Assembly (NCBI GenBank): GCA_951406725.2
Contig: OX597832.1
Location: forward strand, 1,488,001-1,552,000
Reading direction: 5' to 3'
Length of the DNA stretch: 64,000 nt
Source of the DNA: Octopus vulgaris
Lineage: Eukaryota
Below are positions 1 to 14,070 of this stretch, in pieces; the stretch's first letter is position 1, and each line of letters begins with the position of its first letter. A program made the position numbers and the translations under genes. The notes below the pieces were generated by a model that searched no databases, had not been told where the DNA came from, and worked only from the letters and a program-made list of their open reading frames with translations.

Positions 1-626
1 ACCCTGGAAAGTGAAAATACAAAACTGGCATTACTAAATATTTATACGGTATATCTGTAGTATATCCAAGACTTTGATTTTGACCCCTTTTCTACCATTT
101 GAGTCAGTTAAAAGTTATAAGAAAATCTAAGATTCAAAAGCTCTGGTACCCGACAAATTTCATATACAATTATATATACAAATTATACATATTTACCTAG
201 AATACGGAAAATTATAAACGTACACCCTAAACAGAGTACCGACTACATACAGTTACTCATATCAACATTATCATTACTTGTTAAGGTTATCTCAACAGAT
301 TTTCTATTAAAAATTATAGCCGGTACTGATTTTGTTAGGACGTTTCGATTCTGAGACGCCTGGTGTAAATAACAACAATGAAATCGAAGATGAAAAATGG
401 GTAATGAGCGTATACAGGACACATTTCAGGAGTTTTTCTCCTTCATTAGCACCCATCCAACCCATTAATCATGCACAAACTCATTGCTTAAATAGCCACT
501 ACATATAGCGGTGAAACGTTATTGGATATATCAATTTACATATTAAACACATTCATGGAAGCTGGTATGTAAATATTAATAACTTGTAGGGACACGGTAT
601 TTAGTAATACAACCATAATATATAAG

Positions 627-632
627 TTGAGA

Positions 633-683
<51 letters not shown>
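627..683. repeat. (GA)n microsatellite
   Basis: Directly visible dinucleotide run. Confidence 0.95.
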
Positions 684-689
<6 letters not shown>

Positions 690-1339
690 GTAACATTTAT
701 CACGTAATAGCGCGTGTGTTTGTTAAAAGATGGAAACCAACAAAAAATATGACTTATCAAAATCTACTAATTACAACATCGCGTCGATATTTGTGTGCAA
801 ATGTTATTGTCATTACAACTATGTAAACAAAGGAGAACTTAAACGTTACCTAATACAATTGATAAAAATTTATTATTATTATTATAATAAAAATTACTAA
901 AGCCATAATTCACCATAAATCAATACGTTTACTTCTAACTTAGTTTAATAAATTATATTATAAAATAGCATCTACATATTCATGACAAACGTGCTTAATT
1001 GAATTTATAGCAATCACAATGATATTGTCACTTGTTCAGGAAACTTAATATACATTTTTACAATTTAATCTCTTTATATCAATATTGTATGTTCTAAGCA
1101 CTCTTTAATACTTATATTTACAGATGGTAATGTAATAAAACGTAAAGTATCAACAGATTTAAAATTCAAGTAGTTATGATATATAATTAATTATTTATAA
1201 TAATAATGATAATAATATTATGTCCAATGGCAGTTTTTTGAATACCATAAACATGCGGGAGTACATAAATTAGGTTTAATATATAATTGATCTATTTATG
1301 AAAATAAAACTTCTAATGGTAGTTTTTGAGAGACACTTT

Positions 1340-2300
1340 ACAAGCATGAATACATGAAAAACCAGTCTCAATTCTCGTATTTAAGAGGCGCTACCAAGAA
1401 AATAAGGATTTGGTGCAACTCTTCAAGACAGAGAAAACAGAAAGAATTACCAAGCAGTAGCCCTGCTTATAATTTTCCACTCCACAGAAAATTTTTTTTC
1501 TTGTCTTTTAGGTCTCAAATAAATTTGCTGAGGCTGGTACTAGAGGACTTGTTCCTATTGTTAAAGGTGTATACATGGTTATATATTCGTCCCTTGATAA
1601 AATTTTGCGTTGCCCCTACGTAAAAGAAATTCTTACCTTCAGATTTTACTTTACATCTGTAAACAACATTTTTTGTTTACAATAATTTTTACACAAACAT
1701 TTACTACTAACCTTGCAATTACAAAGTATATTTTCATCGCTACTCGTATTATTATTCTGTTTTATATCATTACTTTCAGTATTATTGTTATTTGCTATAT
1801 TACCTACACTCAAGAAGTTGAGATGGGATTTAATTTGGGTTGTTCCTCCTTGTACACTAGACAATTCAAGTACACATTTCTTACTACCATTTATTCTAAG
1901 GGCATTACATTTGTTGCATTTACTACGGTTGTAATTATTATAAAAATTAGATAATTTTTTCGTTAATTGAAAAAATGATCTGGAACAAATTATTTGATAC
2001 AGGAAAGGCAACTTTAAGAAGCCTAAGGTTAATGATATCATAATATCTATTTTATTTTGTAAAGTGTTTATGAAAAAGTTTGTATAAGGCTCCAACCAAA
2101 TTATTCTTAATTTGCTCAGCGAATGGAATTATAAACCAAATAATATCGATCTTATCTGGAGATGCATTATGATTTTCAAATTTTCAAACTTTATTAAATG
2201 TATATGGGTTATGTTTTTGATGCATATTCCTAATCTTATGGGGATAATTAGAAGAACGTAGTAACATATTTCTTGTATTTTGTATATTATTTTCCTCATT
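1340..2300 (-). mobile_element. Penelope-like element remnant (RT thumb/linker + GIY-YIG endonuclease), frameshifted
   Basis: Minus-strand translation across frames: DIIWFIIPFAEQIKNNL...LLKVAFP, CNCKVSSKCLC, NVVYRCKV..FYVGATQNFIKGRIYNH..STSLSKFI*DLKD..VEWKII, CFLCLEE. This is the Penelope GIY-YIG motif order. Confidence 0.85.
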
Positions 2301-2476
2301 TGCACATTTAACCTTTGAAAATTTTAAATTAAATTAATTTAATTTAATTTCTTTAATTGAACTAATTGGATATGGAAACGGCTGTAGGGATCAAAATTTA
2401 ATTTCATATTGGTTGGAATATCTTTGGATAAATTGATGTCCATACGTCAATTTCTCATTTTCTTCATTTTCTCATG

Positions 2477-2612
<136 letters not shown>

Positions 2613-3166
2613 GAAATTAAAATCAGGAGAACTGTTGTTTACGCATCCAAATTTTACTTAACAGTTAATCACGTCTTTCTTCGTCAAGACCTACGTTTCC
2701 ACTGCGAGCCAGTGCACAGTGTGATTGCGCAACACAAACTATGCCCGCTAAAATTACACTGCAAATATTAAATTAAATTATTTTTTCAAAATAACAAGAA
2801 AATAGACCTAATAATAATATATTAATATATTAACAACCCCAAAAGTAATTTAATTCATTTGAAAATTTAAAAGAATACTATTCAACATAGGTGAAATAGA
2901 AAACTAGAATATGAATTAAGAAGTATAGGAAAATTCTTGAGCATTGACCTAATTTAAGGCAGAAGCTAGCAATAAATTCTGAAGTGGCCAGGTTAATATA
3001 AAGTTCACGAAATATTCGACTACTTTTAATAATGCTAACGCCACATTAAAGAATAATTTTGGTCAAGTTTATGGTATCCAATCAATAGTTAAAGTAAACC
3101 ATGATGAAGTTGCTCCGATAATTAACACTAAGATGCACATATAACAGTGTGCACCGGCTTATTATT

Positions 3167-3227
<61 letters not shown>

Positions 3228-3657
3228 GGGAGTAAATCCAAACTTACAGGGAAAAATTAGATTTAGGATTAAATTTAATTTTACTGTATAAATATATATA
3301 TAAATTAGAGATAAAACCACTATTAGGCAAATCAAACAGTGAAAAACATAAACCAAAACATAGAAATAAATTAATTAATATTATATACAAAAAATATAAT
3401 ATATAAAATTCAAAATTTAAATTATTTAAATTTAAAGTTAAAATTTTTGAAATTTTTAAAATTATTAATTTATACTTATAAATTTATATATATATATACA
3501 CACACACACATATATATATATATATTATTTTTTTTTATTATAATTTTAATTTTAATTTTAATTTTTTATATTTTTAATTATATATTTATTTATTTAATTT
3601 TTTTAAATATATAACTATCAAAAAGTATTAAAAAGTTTAATATAAGATAAAAAGTAA

Positions 3658-3757
3658 AACCACTACGATCGTTTCATGCCCATAACCTAATTCGAATAAA
3701 AATAATTTAAATTCAATTAATAATTCGAATTATGGTTATAGTCAATCTTCAGGTTAA
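3658..3757 (-). ncRNA. Type I hammerhead ribozyme motif with long stem II
   Basis: Minus strand: aac CUGAAGA [UUGACUAUAACC-A-UAAUUCGAAU ... AUUCGAAUUA-GGUUAUGGGCAU] GAAAC GAUC GUA gugg. Core intact, stem III palindromic (ACGAUCGU), stem I weak. Confidence 0.65.
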
Positions 3758-5359
3758 TGATAATATTTAAATAAATAATCAAATATATTTAAACGATATT
3801 TTTTAAATAAATAAATAAAATAATAATTTTTCTTATAAAAAACTCTATTATCAAACTAGAAACTTTAACGATTATGATTATGTCATACAATCGATTATAA
3901 TGTTAAATATTAATTTTTAAGAATTAATTTTTAAGGTAAGAATAGATAGAAAATGTATTTATCTATTCAGAGATAATATGGCTTTAAAAAAAATAATAAA
4001 CCCACATATAATCTAATCTCAGTTATAGTCAATATCTAATTACCTAAATATTTAACCAAAAAAATCACTATTCATATTATTAAATTTAATTTCAAGTCAA
4101 ATAATTATATAATATTTGAATAATAACTAAATTATCAATGAATATATATAAATGTATATAAATTAAGATCTAAAATGATCTCTATCAATAAATATATATG
4201 CACATATAATAAAGACCTAATAAATTAATTATTCATTATTACTTATAAATATATTAAAAGATTAAAGATGAAAAAGCAAATTGTAAATAAACAAATAAAC
4301 TATCTTAAAATAACGCTATAACTAATTAATGATCCATATATCTCGTTGGCTAATTAATAACTTACAAAACCGTATAGTTAAGAACTAAAATGAAATAAAA
4401 TACTTAATGAAATAATCAATCCGTAGTTATATAGTATCCAATAAATACTACGAATAAATTTATCAATGGAAAAAATACTACTATCAATTATCAATTAATA
4501 TATATATATATATATGTTATAATAACAATAATAAAATATTTAAAATAACTTCCAACAAATATAGTTATTAAAGACTAGAATTTATGCTATCAATACATGT
4601 ATATACATGAAACCTAACTTTAAAAAAACTCGTAAAACTGTTAACGATATATATGTATATCTCTTTGGCTAAGTAAAGTCTTACGAATAAACGTAGAGTT
4701 AAAATCTAATAATTATATAGAAAAAAACTACGATAACTAAATCATTATATAACAAACAGTATTTATATAAAATACAAAATTATACAATAAGACTTATTAA
4801 AATATTAAAATTTTAAAATTTAAAAATCTTAAATATAAATATATACTTAGCTTTGCAAGGTTTTGTGATGAACTAAAATTTTAAATCTGAAAACGTCTTT
4901 TCAGCGTTTATAAAAATACTCGTGGAATTACATTATTAACAAAAAAAGAATAAATTGTTGAAGAATTCTTTAACAGTGAAGAACTACAAATACGTTTTAT
5001 CAATGAAAATTGTGAATTAAAATTGTCAATGGAAAAAGTTATGGTTTATCAATAAATGTAAATAGAATGAAGTCACGATTAAAGAATAGAACCACTCTAT
5101 ACTATAAAATTTATTATTAAAATAACTATGATAAATAATACTTAATACTAAATAAATTAAATAATTAAAAGCTACTAATTACTATGTATACTCTAAAAAT
5201 CTTATATGATTAATAAATATATAAAAAAAAAATTACAGTAACGCCTCGACGTACTAGTAAATTCTTTCACAAAGTACGTTTTTATTTTTAAGCTAAAACT
5301 CTTGAACAGAAACAACGTCTCGTAAAGCACTTCTCATATATATATATATATATATATAT

Positions 5360-5633
5360 GGAGGCGCAATGACCCAGTGGTTCGGGCAGCGGACTCGCGG
5401 TCGTAGGATCGCGGATTCGATTCTCAAACCGGGCGTTGTGAGTATTTATTGAGCGAAAACACCTAAACGCTCCACGAGGCTCCGGCAGGGGGTGGTGATC
5501 CCTGCTGTACTTTTTCACCACTCTTTCTCTCACTCTTTCTTCTGTTGGCCTGCTCGCTAAAACAATGCGAACGTATTGTGACCAGCGATGTGTAGCAACA
5601 TCTGATGGTCTGGTCGGTCACGTGATCACGTGA
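5360..5633 (+). mobile_element. tRNA-derived SINE (family B), inserted in (TA)n
   Basis: Pol III A box-like TGACCCAGTGG and B box-like GATTCGATTCT; head and body shared with the copy at 20441-20726; (CACGTGAT) tail. Confidence 0.8.
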
Positions 5634-6301
5634 TATATATATATATCAATGTGTGTGTGTGTGTGTTGTATATCAAACCCAAGTTGTTATATTTAATTTG
5701 TGTATCCGCATGATTGCCCCCATGTCTGTTCACCTGGGTTCTTCTTATAACCACACTCTACCCCGCGGAGGTTAAGTTCGAGTCATTTGAGTGCTACTAA
5801 GTGTTTTCTATACCGAAACTCCCTGGATCTCAACTGTTGACTATATATATATATATATATGTATATATATAAGAAATAAGCACAGGCATGCCGAGTTGTT
5901 CAATTGGACTACACGATTGTGAGGTCCCGGGTTCTATGTCACTGATATCTTCGACTGAAAGGTTGTGAATGAAATCCAGAAGACGGAAACTGTTTGGAAA
6001 TCCGTTAGATGGGTAACTCCTATATAACAAGTCTTAGTCATATATTGTGTCGTTGGTTTTACGTAGTAACTACGCCAGTGAAATGCCCACCTACTTGCGA
6101 CATAATTTAATGAGTAGTTAATTTAGTTAATAGAACAACGAAATTCTTAACGTCGAAACCGACAGGTGGATCCATCATCATCATCATATAGCTGGTTGTG
6201 TTATAGAAATAGAAATCAAAATGGGCGTTGAAAAGGACATCAGCGTTCTGTTGATTGAATCATACTATAAGTACGTTGAGGTAATGCAGTAAATGTGTCA
6301 A

Positions 6302-6509
6302 GCTATTGATTATTTTATATCAAACAGGCAAACATGGTTTTATAGAGATGGCTATCAGAATGATATTAAGTTACTGAAACATTGTTGTAAATATAAGGAA
6401 TATAATAAATTACTTACGGGTAGGTTTCAGTAACATAATATTATTGTCTCATTCATCTCTGTAATGTACGTTTGCCTGTTTGATATAGAATAAATCATCA
6501 ATAATTAGC
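6302..6509. mobile_element. Fold-back / MITE-like palindromic element
   Basis: Nested inverted repeats: 6311-6333 vs 6470-6492 (1 mismatch), AGAGATG/CATCTCT, and 6370-6380 vs 6424-6434. Confidence 0.6.
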
Positions 6510-7200
6510 CTTGTAATCTATCTTTCCATCAGATGTACTTTTCAGACAAGGATCGCCAGAATTAGATACAACTTTTTAAAAAACTTATTGTTAAGAACAC
6601 ATTAAATATAAACGAATTAACATGAAATTCCATAAATCTGATCTAAAGACGAAGGAAAACAGTTGGATTCATGCAAAGTTAAAAATATTTTGACATGACT
6701 TGCAAATTAATAGAAACAATTCATTGTGGTATATGAGTATTCAAAGCAAAAGAATCGTAACACTATCTTTAAACATCAGAATTTAATTATCAAGAAATAT
6801 GATGCTTCCCGCGGCATAAACGATTTAACCAGTTATGAAGAATTTTTTCATTTTCAATCTTTAAGAACTGCATCTGAGAAAATTTTTCGAACCCTGACAT
6901 TTGAAATGAGAAATCAGCGCTAGGAAAACAAAATGAAACAGGAAAAAAAAAAGCAGTAACGTTTATACACATAGATGTAGCTCGATATGCAGTATTGCCA
7001 ACTTAAAATCACAATATTATGCTAAATTTTAGTAGAAAAAATATCCACCAAAAATGCTAAATAATGCTAAATAAGAAAAAAAAAATGCTAAAGACTAATT
7101 ATATTAAAAAGCCTAATTTTTATTTACATTTTTATTTACTTTCTTTAATTATATTCAGCATTGAGAAATAATTTCTTGAATTTCACTGATTTGATCACTT

Positions 7201-9487
7201 TCAGCTGCAATGCCCTGGTCTTGACTTCTGTAATACATTCAAGGTCCCAATCTTGTTAATCATGTGTTTTAGAATATCGAAGTTTTTGCAACATTTGCCA
7301 TATCTTTTCAGGCCATATTTTATAGACAGTATTGATCTAAGCATAGGAAAATGCATTTTGTTTTTCAATTTTGATTTGATTACACCCATACTACTGAACA
7401 ACCATTCAACTTTTGCATTTGAGTTTGGCAATGTCAATAGATTAATGGCAAAATAATTTGCAACATCTCTAAAAGGATTTCTTTCAGTAGCATCTTATAT
7501 TCCAAAACTTCCAGCTAGAATGCCTCAGTATTAGATGTATTTGTCCATTTAACTAAATGAATGCTATTAAACTGAATTTCAATTGAAGCATGTAAAATTG
7601 GCTCTTTGAAATGCTGCAAAATATTCTCTACTGAAAAACATTTGATATTCCTCAGTATATTAATATTTTCTGACAAACGGTGCTTGAGCTCTTTATAAAG
7701 GCAGAGTAAAAATTGTGTTCTTTTGCGAATATTATTTTCTTCGGTGGCTCTTACAGTCTTCTTGGTAATCATTTCTGCTATCTTTCTCTCAAATCTGCAG
7801 CCTAAATTTGGTTTAGGATCCAAAACCTTTTCAATAGAAGAATCAAGATCAAGAGGATCAATTCTACATGTTGGCAGCACTATCATATTAGCAACAGATT
7901 TGATCAAATTTGAAAGATCTTCAAGTAATTTTGTTTTGTCAACAGTGTTTGATTCAAACTGTTTATTCACTTCCTGAACATGTTTTAAAATTGGATGCAA
8001 AAATAAGAATCACAAAACATTTCATGTAACGTTTGTGCTGTAAAGCACTTTTCTTTTGTCGTTGTAGTTTGGAACTCTTTTACTCTTTTACTTGTTTCAA
8101 TTATTTGACTGCGAGCATGCTGGAGCACCGCCTTTAGTCGAAGAAATCGACCCCAGGACTTATTCTTTGTAAGCCTAGTACTTATTTTATCGGTCTCTTG
8201 CCGAACTACTAAGTTACGGGGGCGTAAATACACTAGCATCGGTTGTCAAGCAATGTTGGGAGACAAACATATACACACACATACACACACACATATATAC
8301 ACACATATATATACGACGGGCTTCTTTCAGTTTCCGTCTACCAAATCCACTCACGAGGCTTTGGTCGGCCCGAGGCTATAGTAGAAGACACTTGCGCAAG
8401 GTGCCACGCAGTGGGACTGAACCCGGAACCATGTGGTTCGTAGCAAGCTATTTACCACACAGTCACTACTGGAAGTGAGTTTGCAGTTCAAATTATTGGC
8501 TTAAAATTCTATTTACAGCTGGTTCTATTGACAGCCACCTAGTTGTGCAAGAATTCACAATCTTCAAAGGCTCTTTCTCATTGATAGCAAGGTAAAGTTG
8601 TTTGTAGGGACTTCGCCTTGTTGAAGAATGAGAGAACCATTTATAGGTTTGGGATACTAAAAATTTTAAATTTATGGGCAGACATTCAGCACAAGTGTGG
8701 TATACTGCCAACTGTAAAGAATGACATACACATCTAAATAGAGATGGAACTTCTTTTAATTTCTGGAAAACACCATTGTTGACTCCTGTCATTGCTCTAG
8801 CATTGTTAGTTCGTATACCCAGTAAATACTTTATATCTAATTTCTTTTACGCTAATTCAGTTTTTAAGGCATCTACACTTCCATCTGCATCATATGTTTC
8901 TAAAGATACCATACTGAAATATGTATGAACCACATTTTTGTGAGTGTCACTGTAATATATGATAACAATTCCTAACAACTTGTTTATCGATATCATTGGA
9001 TTCATCTAATAACAGGCTAAATTTTCTATCTCCTATATCAGAAATCAAATCTCCATCAAAATATGGTGCTAGAAGATTTCTCACAATATTTGCACATTTT
9101 GTACGATGCAACTTCACTTTGGATATAATATCACTATCAAACATATAATTCTTACGTAACTCTATTAAGTGATCACAGTTATTAAATGATGAGTGGCAAC
9201 AAATAAACATTGCTAAATTTGCATCAAGCATAGATGTCTTATCATTTTTGGTTTTAATAAAATTGATAAGAGGAATAATTTGCTGTAGAGTTGATGCCTT
9301 ATGTTTCTTTGCTTCACATTGGCTTACTAAAAGGGAATATTTTGCTAACATATTACATCTACAATATCTGCAATGTGCTTTAGATTGGTCACTAGGTACT
9401 TCACACTAGGTACTTAGTAAATGCTGGCGTCTTAAGCCATTCCTTTCGGAATTTTTGTTGGTGCAACTTCGTTTCTTCTTTGTTCAT
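7201..9487 (-). pseudogene. hAT transposase (ZNF862/ZMYM-like), fragmented
   Basis: N-terminal Zn finger (AHCRYC..KKH), FSLLLDESND, NARAMTG, CVCHSLQL, TRWLS, and dimerisation motif LPNSNAKVEWLFSSM; multiple stops and frameshifts. Confidence 0.9.
8075..8469 (-). mobile_element. Major tRNA-derived SINE (family A) inserted in the hAT ORF
   Basis: Full head, internal microsatellite and (AAAAGAGT) tail. TGGAA duplication at 8070-8074/8470-8474; removing it restores the frame LQTHF-QTTTTKEKCF. Confidence 0.9.
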
Positions 9488-10303
9488 TATAATGTAGTGG
9501 GAAGCAAGAAAATAAATTGAATGATTGATGAAAATATAAAATTGAAAATACAACTTATCAGTTTGCCGCGAACAATTCTTTCATTCGCCATTAACAATTC
9601 TTATGTTTGCTGCTTACAAATTCTTGAGGTGAAGAATACTGATTCAGAATGCAGGGTGGCCCAACTTATAAATAGAAAAGTAAAATCTGCAGAAATCCTA
9701 AAACTGTGTTCTGATATAAATCTGGGAACACCATATTTCACTTCCAATCTTATTTTTAGTATCTATTGGTAAAACTACAAATACAACTACAATACTTGAA
9801 AAAAAAATTAGAAAAAATATAAAGGGGGAGACACCGCCACCCCTGTACTTCTATAATAGAGATATAATCCACAAATCCAAAACAAGCTTGAAAAAGCACA
9901 AGCCTATTTTAAAACAGTCAAACTGAAAGTAAATCAGTCAACCTGTCGTGATAAGAACTCATCACTACAGAATAAAGCATTGTTAGGACGAATTTCCATG
10001 CTTTCATAGTGAATTCAGGTGCTGACATGAATTATCTTCCCCCACCTCAAGCACCACTATGTATCCAAACGGAGGTAGTAGGGGCCGGGTTGCTGGAAAA
10101 GTTCATAACTTGATAAACTTCCTTTTGATAAACTTTCATTTGAAGTTTCATGAAAGTGAAAGAAAAATTCAACAATAGCCAATAGTACTAAAATTTAACG
10201 AAATTAGAAAAGGAGGAAAAAGAAGAAAAAAAGGATAACTATTGTGGAAATGCCATCATCAGATGAAAATGCTAAAAAAATGCTAAACAGAATTTTAAAC
10301 CTA

Positions 10304-11555
10304 TTAGGTTGGCAACTAAGTTCCCGCCGTTTTTTCAATTTAAATTTTTTTAAAGGTTTAATAAAAAATAGCAACTAATTAATTAATGATGTTTTCACCC
10401 TTGTTTAAAACTTCCTAACGTTCAAGAAAATTTTCAATACCTCGTTGGTAGAAATCACCCGATTTCTAGTCGAAAAATTGATCCACCCAAGCTCTCAATT
10501 CTGCATCAGTATTGAACAATACTCTGCGCATAGCATTTGAAAGAGATCGAAAGAGGTGGAAATCCGTTGGTGCCAAATCAGGAGAGTACGTTTGAATCAT
10601 GCGTTTGAATGGCTTCCTTGGTCATATTGGCGATATGAGGGCGGGCGTTGTCGTGCAGCAGAAGAACTCCATGCTGCTGATTAGATCCTTTCTCTTGAAT
10701 AGCTGAGGTGAGTAGTTCCATCTGTTGAACATAGAGTTCTACGTTGACCGTTAGGTTCCGTTCAAGCAATTCGTAATTCCCAGTCCCACCATACGCACAA
10801 CATCATTTTACGTAGATGAAGATCTTGTTTCACGCGCAGTGTCGCTTGTTAGCGGGGGTAAGCCATTCCTTATGCTGCTTCGTATTCATGTACAGGCATT
10901 TGTCGTCGCCAGTAACGATTCGGTAAAGAAATCGTTGCTTGTGTCCATGAGTTGAGCGGTGACGAGCAAGCACACCAGCGGCAATTGTGGCTCGTTGATA
11001 TTTGTTGTTGTCACTTAAAGCATGTGGAACCCATGCTCCACACTTCTGAACCTTTCCCATCGAGTGAAGATGCTTCTCTATAGCAGTGTGAAAGATTTCC
11101 AATTTCTCTGCCAGTTCCCTTGTCGTTTGATGAGAATTACGCGCAAAAGTTGGTTTAATCGCTCTTCATCGAACTCAACTGGACGGCCAGAACGAGGTAC
11201 GTCTTAGAGGTCAAAAATATCCATTTTTTAACTTGGCATACCAATCACGAGCGGTTCTTTCAGCTATGGCACCCTCTCCATACACAGCACAAATGTCGCA
11301 AACAGCTTTTGTGGCCTTAGAATCTTGAGTAAAAGCAAAAAGGAGGTGTCAAAAATGCTCATTTTACTTAACTTGACTTTCCATTTTAATGGTCTGAAAA
11401 ACAAAAATTAACTAAAATTGCTAGAAAAAAATCAAAATAGATTCCAAAATTATTCAAAAATAGAATTCTCGAAAATGATAGATTCCAAAATTTTAAAACG
11501 CAATAAATTCCAAAATTTAAAAAAAAATACGGCGGGAGCTTAGTTGCCAACCCAA
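10304..11555 (-). mobile_element. Full-length mariner (DD34D, mellifera-subfamily-like TIR), defective transposase
   Basis: TIRs TTAGGTTGGCAACTAAGTTCCCGCCG / TTGGGTTGGCAACTAAGCTCCCGCCG with TA TSD at both ends; motifs WVPHAL, IVTGDDK, LLHDNARPH, SPDLAPTDFHLF; ATG at 11384. Confidence 0.93.
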
Positions 11556-11909
11556 TACTATTTCCCCTGCTAAATGCTAGATTCAAAAATGTTCTGCTAA
11601 ATGCTGAAAAAAAAAATGCTAGATCTAGCATAAAATAAGCTAAATTGGCAACCCTATGACTAAACAAGTATTTCTTAGAAAGGAGAATCAATGCTTAAAT
11701 CAAGATTTACAGGATTTCTCTTGGTTATATGCTCGATGTTCTGTTAAGATTTAAAAACAGATAATCTTGTTATATTTTGCTTATATTCAGCTCTTACAGA
11801 AAATAAGCTTCTGCGTGGGTTGAGTTCACGATCACGCTTCCATTCATGGTTTTAGTCATTATCATTTTACAACATATCGTATATGTTTTCGAGGAAATAT
11901 AAATGCTAT

Positions 11910-12050
11910 TCGTCTGTCTTTATGTTCTAAGTTCAAATACCGCCGAGGTCGACTTCGGGGTCGATAAACTAAGTACCAGTTGCGTACTGGGGTCGATCTA
12001 ATCGACTGGTCCCTACCCCAAAATTGCGGGCCTTATTCCTAGAGTAGAAA
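11910..12050 (+). mobile_element. SINE fragment (family C; GAGGTCGAC..GGGGTCGATAAA..AGTACC central domain)
   Basis: The same motif recurs at about 35300-35430 (+) and 53170-53355 (-). Confidence 0.7.
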
Positions 12051-13112
12051 ATAAAATAAATGTTATAACATCCCACTTAACGTTCTCTATAATTTGATAG
12101 AGTCAACAGTGCTGAACCAGTACCGAAGAGTTTGCGAAACTTTGTCATCGTAAAATCTGTGCCTCATTTAAAGAAATTAACGTAATGCATAAACAGATAC
12201 AATGCATAATTCAATAGGCCTGATTAACTCGTGAAAACAATGATAATCAAGAAAGACATAAATGTTTTGTTGGTTCATTCAATTCGTTTTGTACGTTGAC
12301 ATGATGTAATACAAATTCTGCGTAGCCCATGCGAGGAACTCGACGCAATATTACAAGCTAACAAAAACTCGTTGATTATACAATATTTACATTTTTTCAA
12401 CAAGGAGTTGTATTTGTACATAATACTTAATTATAGTAAAGAAAACTTGTCTGACAATAAATGGTTGCAAGGATAGTGACGATACAAGAAATTAAACCAT
12501 GTAGTTTCGACACGCGCTGATGTAAAGTAAACAAAATTTTGCTATGGGAAATAAATGAAAAAACCAATTGAATGAATTAAGTACTGAATGGCACCACAAA
12601 TAATTTTTAATGAATTGAAATTTCTTTGTTAGTTGAAGAAAAAAAAAGGAAAAAGGTCGTGTTTTTCTCTTATTGAACCTTGTCAGCAAAGCATAGTGAA
12701 GTATGAACTTGATTTAGATAAAGAGGTCTTTACAAAGATGTTTAATAGCAATAGTTCACATAGTGAAGTAACTTAAACCAATTTATTTGGAGAAATATAA
12801 ATTTGATATATTGACGGAGTACATAAACAATCTTAATGAACTGAAATGCCTTGTTTAGCAGCAATAAGAAAAAGGGAAATAATTTCAAGAAACTAAAAAG
12901 TGATAAGTTAAGATTAATTTTAATTTTTATAAATTACCTTCTTTTTTCCTTTAAGGGTCACCAAAGAATGCCATACATTTTAAAATTTTATTTCTGCTGC
13001 TAAGAGGTAACTTCAACTTCATTATGAATTTTTTTCCTACGTCATTCATGCAGATCACTCATGGCTAAAATTATTCGCATCCACTTTTCTATATGCAAAA
13101 CCTACTTTTCTC

Positions 13113-13250
13113 ATTTGTGGTGATTTAAAAGTTATTGCTCTTCTACTCCGTCTTCAAGGGGGATACACCAAATACTCCTGTTTGCTTTGTCTTTGAGATA
13201 GGAGGGCAGACAGTCAGCACCATGAACAAAAAGACTGACCACCAAGAACC
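13113..13250 (+). mobile_element. Chapaev3-type transposase fragment
   Basis: ICGDLKVIALLLRLQGGYTKYSCLLCL*DRRADSQHHEQKD*PPR, matching the equivalent segment at about 40790-40915. Confidence 0.8.
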
Positions 13251-14070
13251 AGTGTAATGCATCCGTAGGAAAGACTGCTCTAGGATAAATATGTAAATTA
13301 CTTCTGTTACTTGTTGAGAGTTGTCATTGAGTACAAATATGTATTTAGAGAAAAGGAATATTGATGGAATGTTCCCATCAAACCTTCTACAATCACAACA
13401 GTCCTGATACAGTTGTTTGGAACAGAAAAGAAAAATGATGTACAGTTGAAGGCTTGAACTGTTTTGCGCATTTCCTTTCCTACTATGCAGTGAACCAATG
13501 ATTGACACGGTAAGTTTTAGTCAACGATGCCATTCTTCACAAATGTATGGCATGAAAAAAAAGCTTTAACTTCTCTATCCTATTATAACTATTGGTGAAG
13601 TTCACTCTATTAGTAAAGGTCCAAGTAGAATTCTCCAAAAGTCGAGGATTTCAAACGAAGAAAATGACTTGTTAAAACAATCTAACAGTAGTAGTAATAT
13701 GCAAGACTTCGCTAAAGTGCAGCATGTAAACTGTACACTGTTGTGTTAATTAAATTCCAGGGCCGGGGTCTTGTTTCTTTGTTTGTAAAAAAGATCTTTT
13801 TTTTTATAGGGAGAATTGAAATAATAAAAGAAAAGAAAAATATCTACCTATATGTAAGCATTTAAGTTCGTTTGTAGTTGCAAATCTGTATGATTTCTCT
13901 CTTGAGTACATAAGCCATACTTATTGAGAATTATATCACGAGGATAGGAATCTATGTATTAATGATTTTAATTCAATAACGAAAAAATGCATATAAACAA
14001 TATACAAGCATCTGAATATGTACACACTTACACAACAGCTGATAATATTAGTGCAATAATTTCTATAAGT

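Larger units (their letters stand above)
6990..11656 (-). mobile_element. hAT DNA transposon, decayed, with nested SINE and mariner
   Basis: TIR-like ends CAGTATTGCCAA (6990) and TTGGCAACCCTA (11656); subterminal ATGCTAAA repeats at both ends; transposase remnant inside. No 8-bp TSD retained. Confidence 0.8.

Noticed and set aside
3220-5290. Extremely AT-rich tract as a mitochondrial insertion or control region
   Set aside because: No recognisable mitochondrial gene, rRNA or tRNA. It contains a hammerhead motif and is more simply a Penelope-like UTR.
5360-5440. tRNA genes at the SINE heads (also 20650-20726, 56461, 63284)
   Set aside because: A and B boxes are present, but they run into SINE bodies and lack a clean cloverleaf and terminator.
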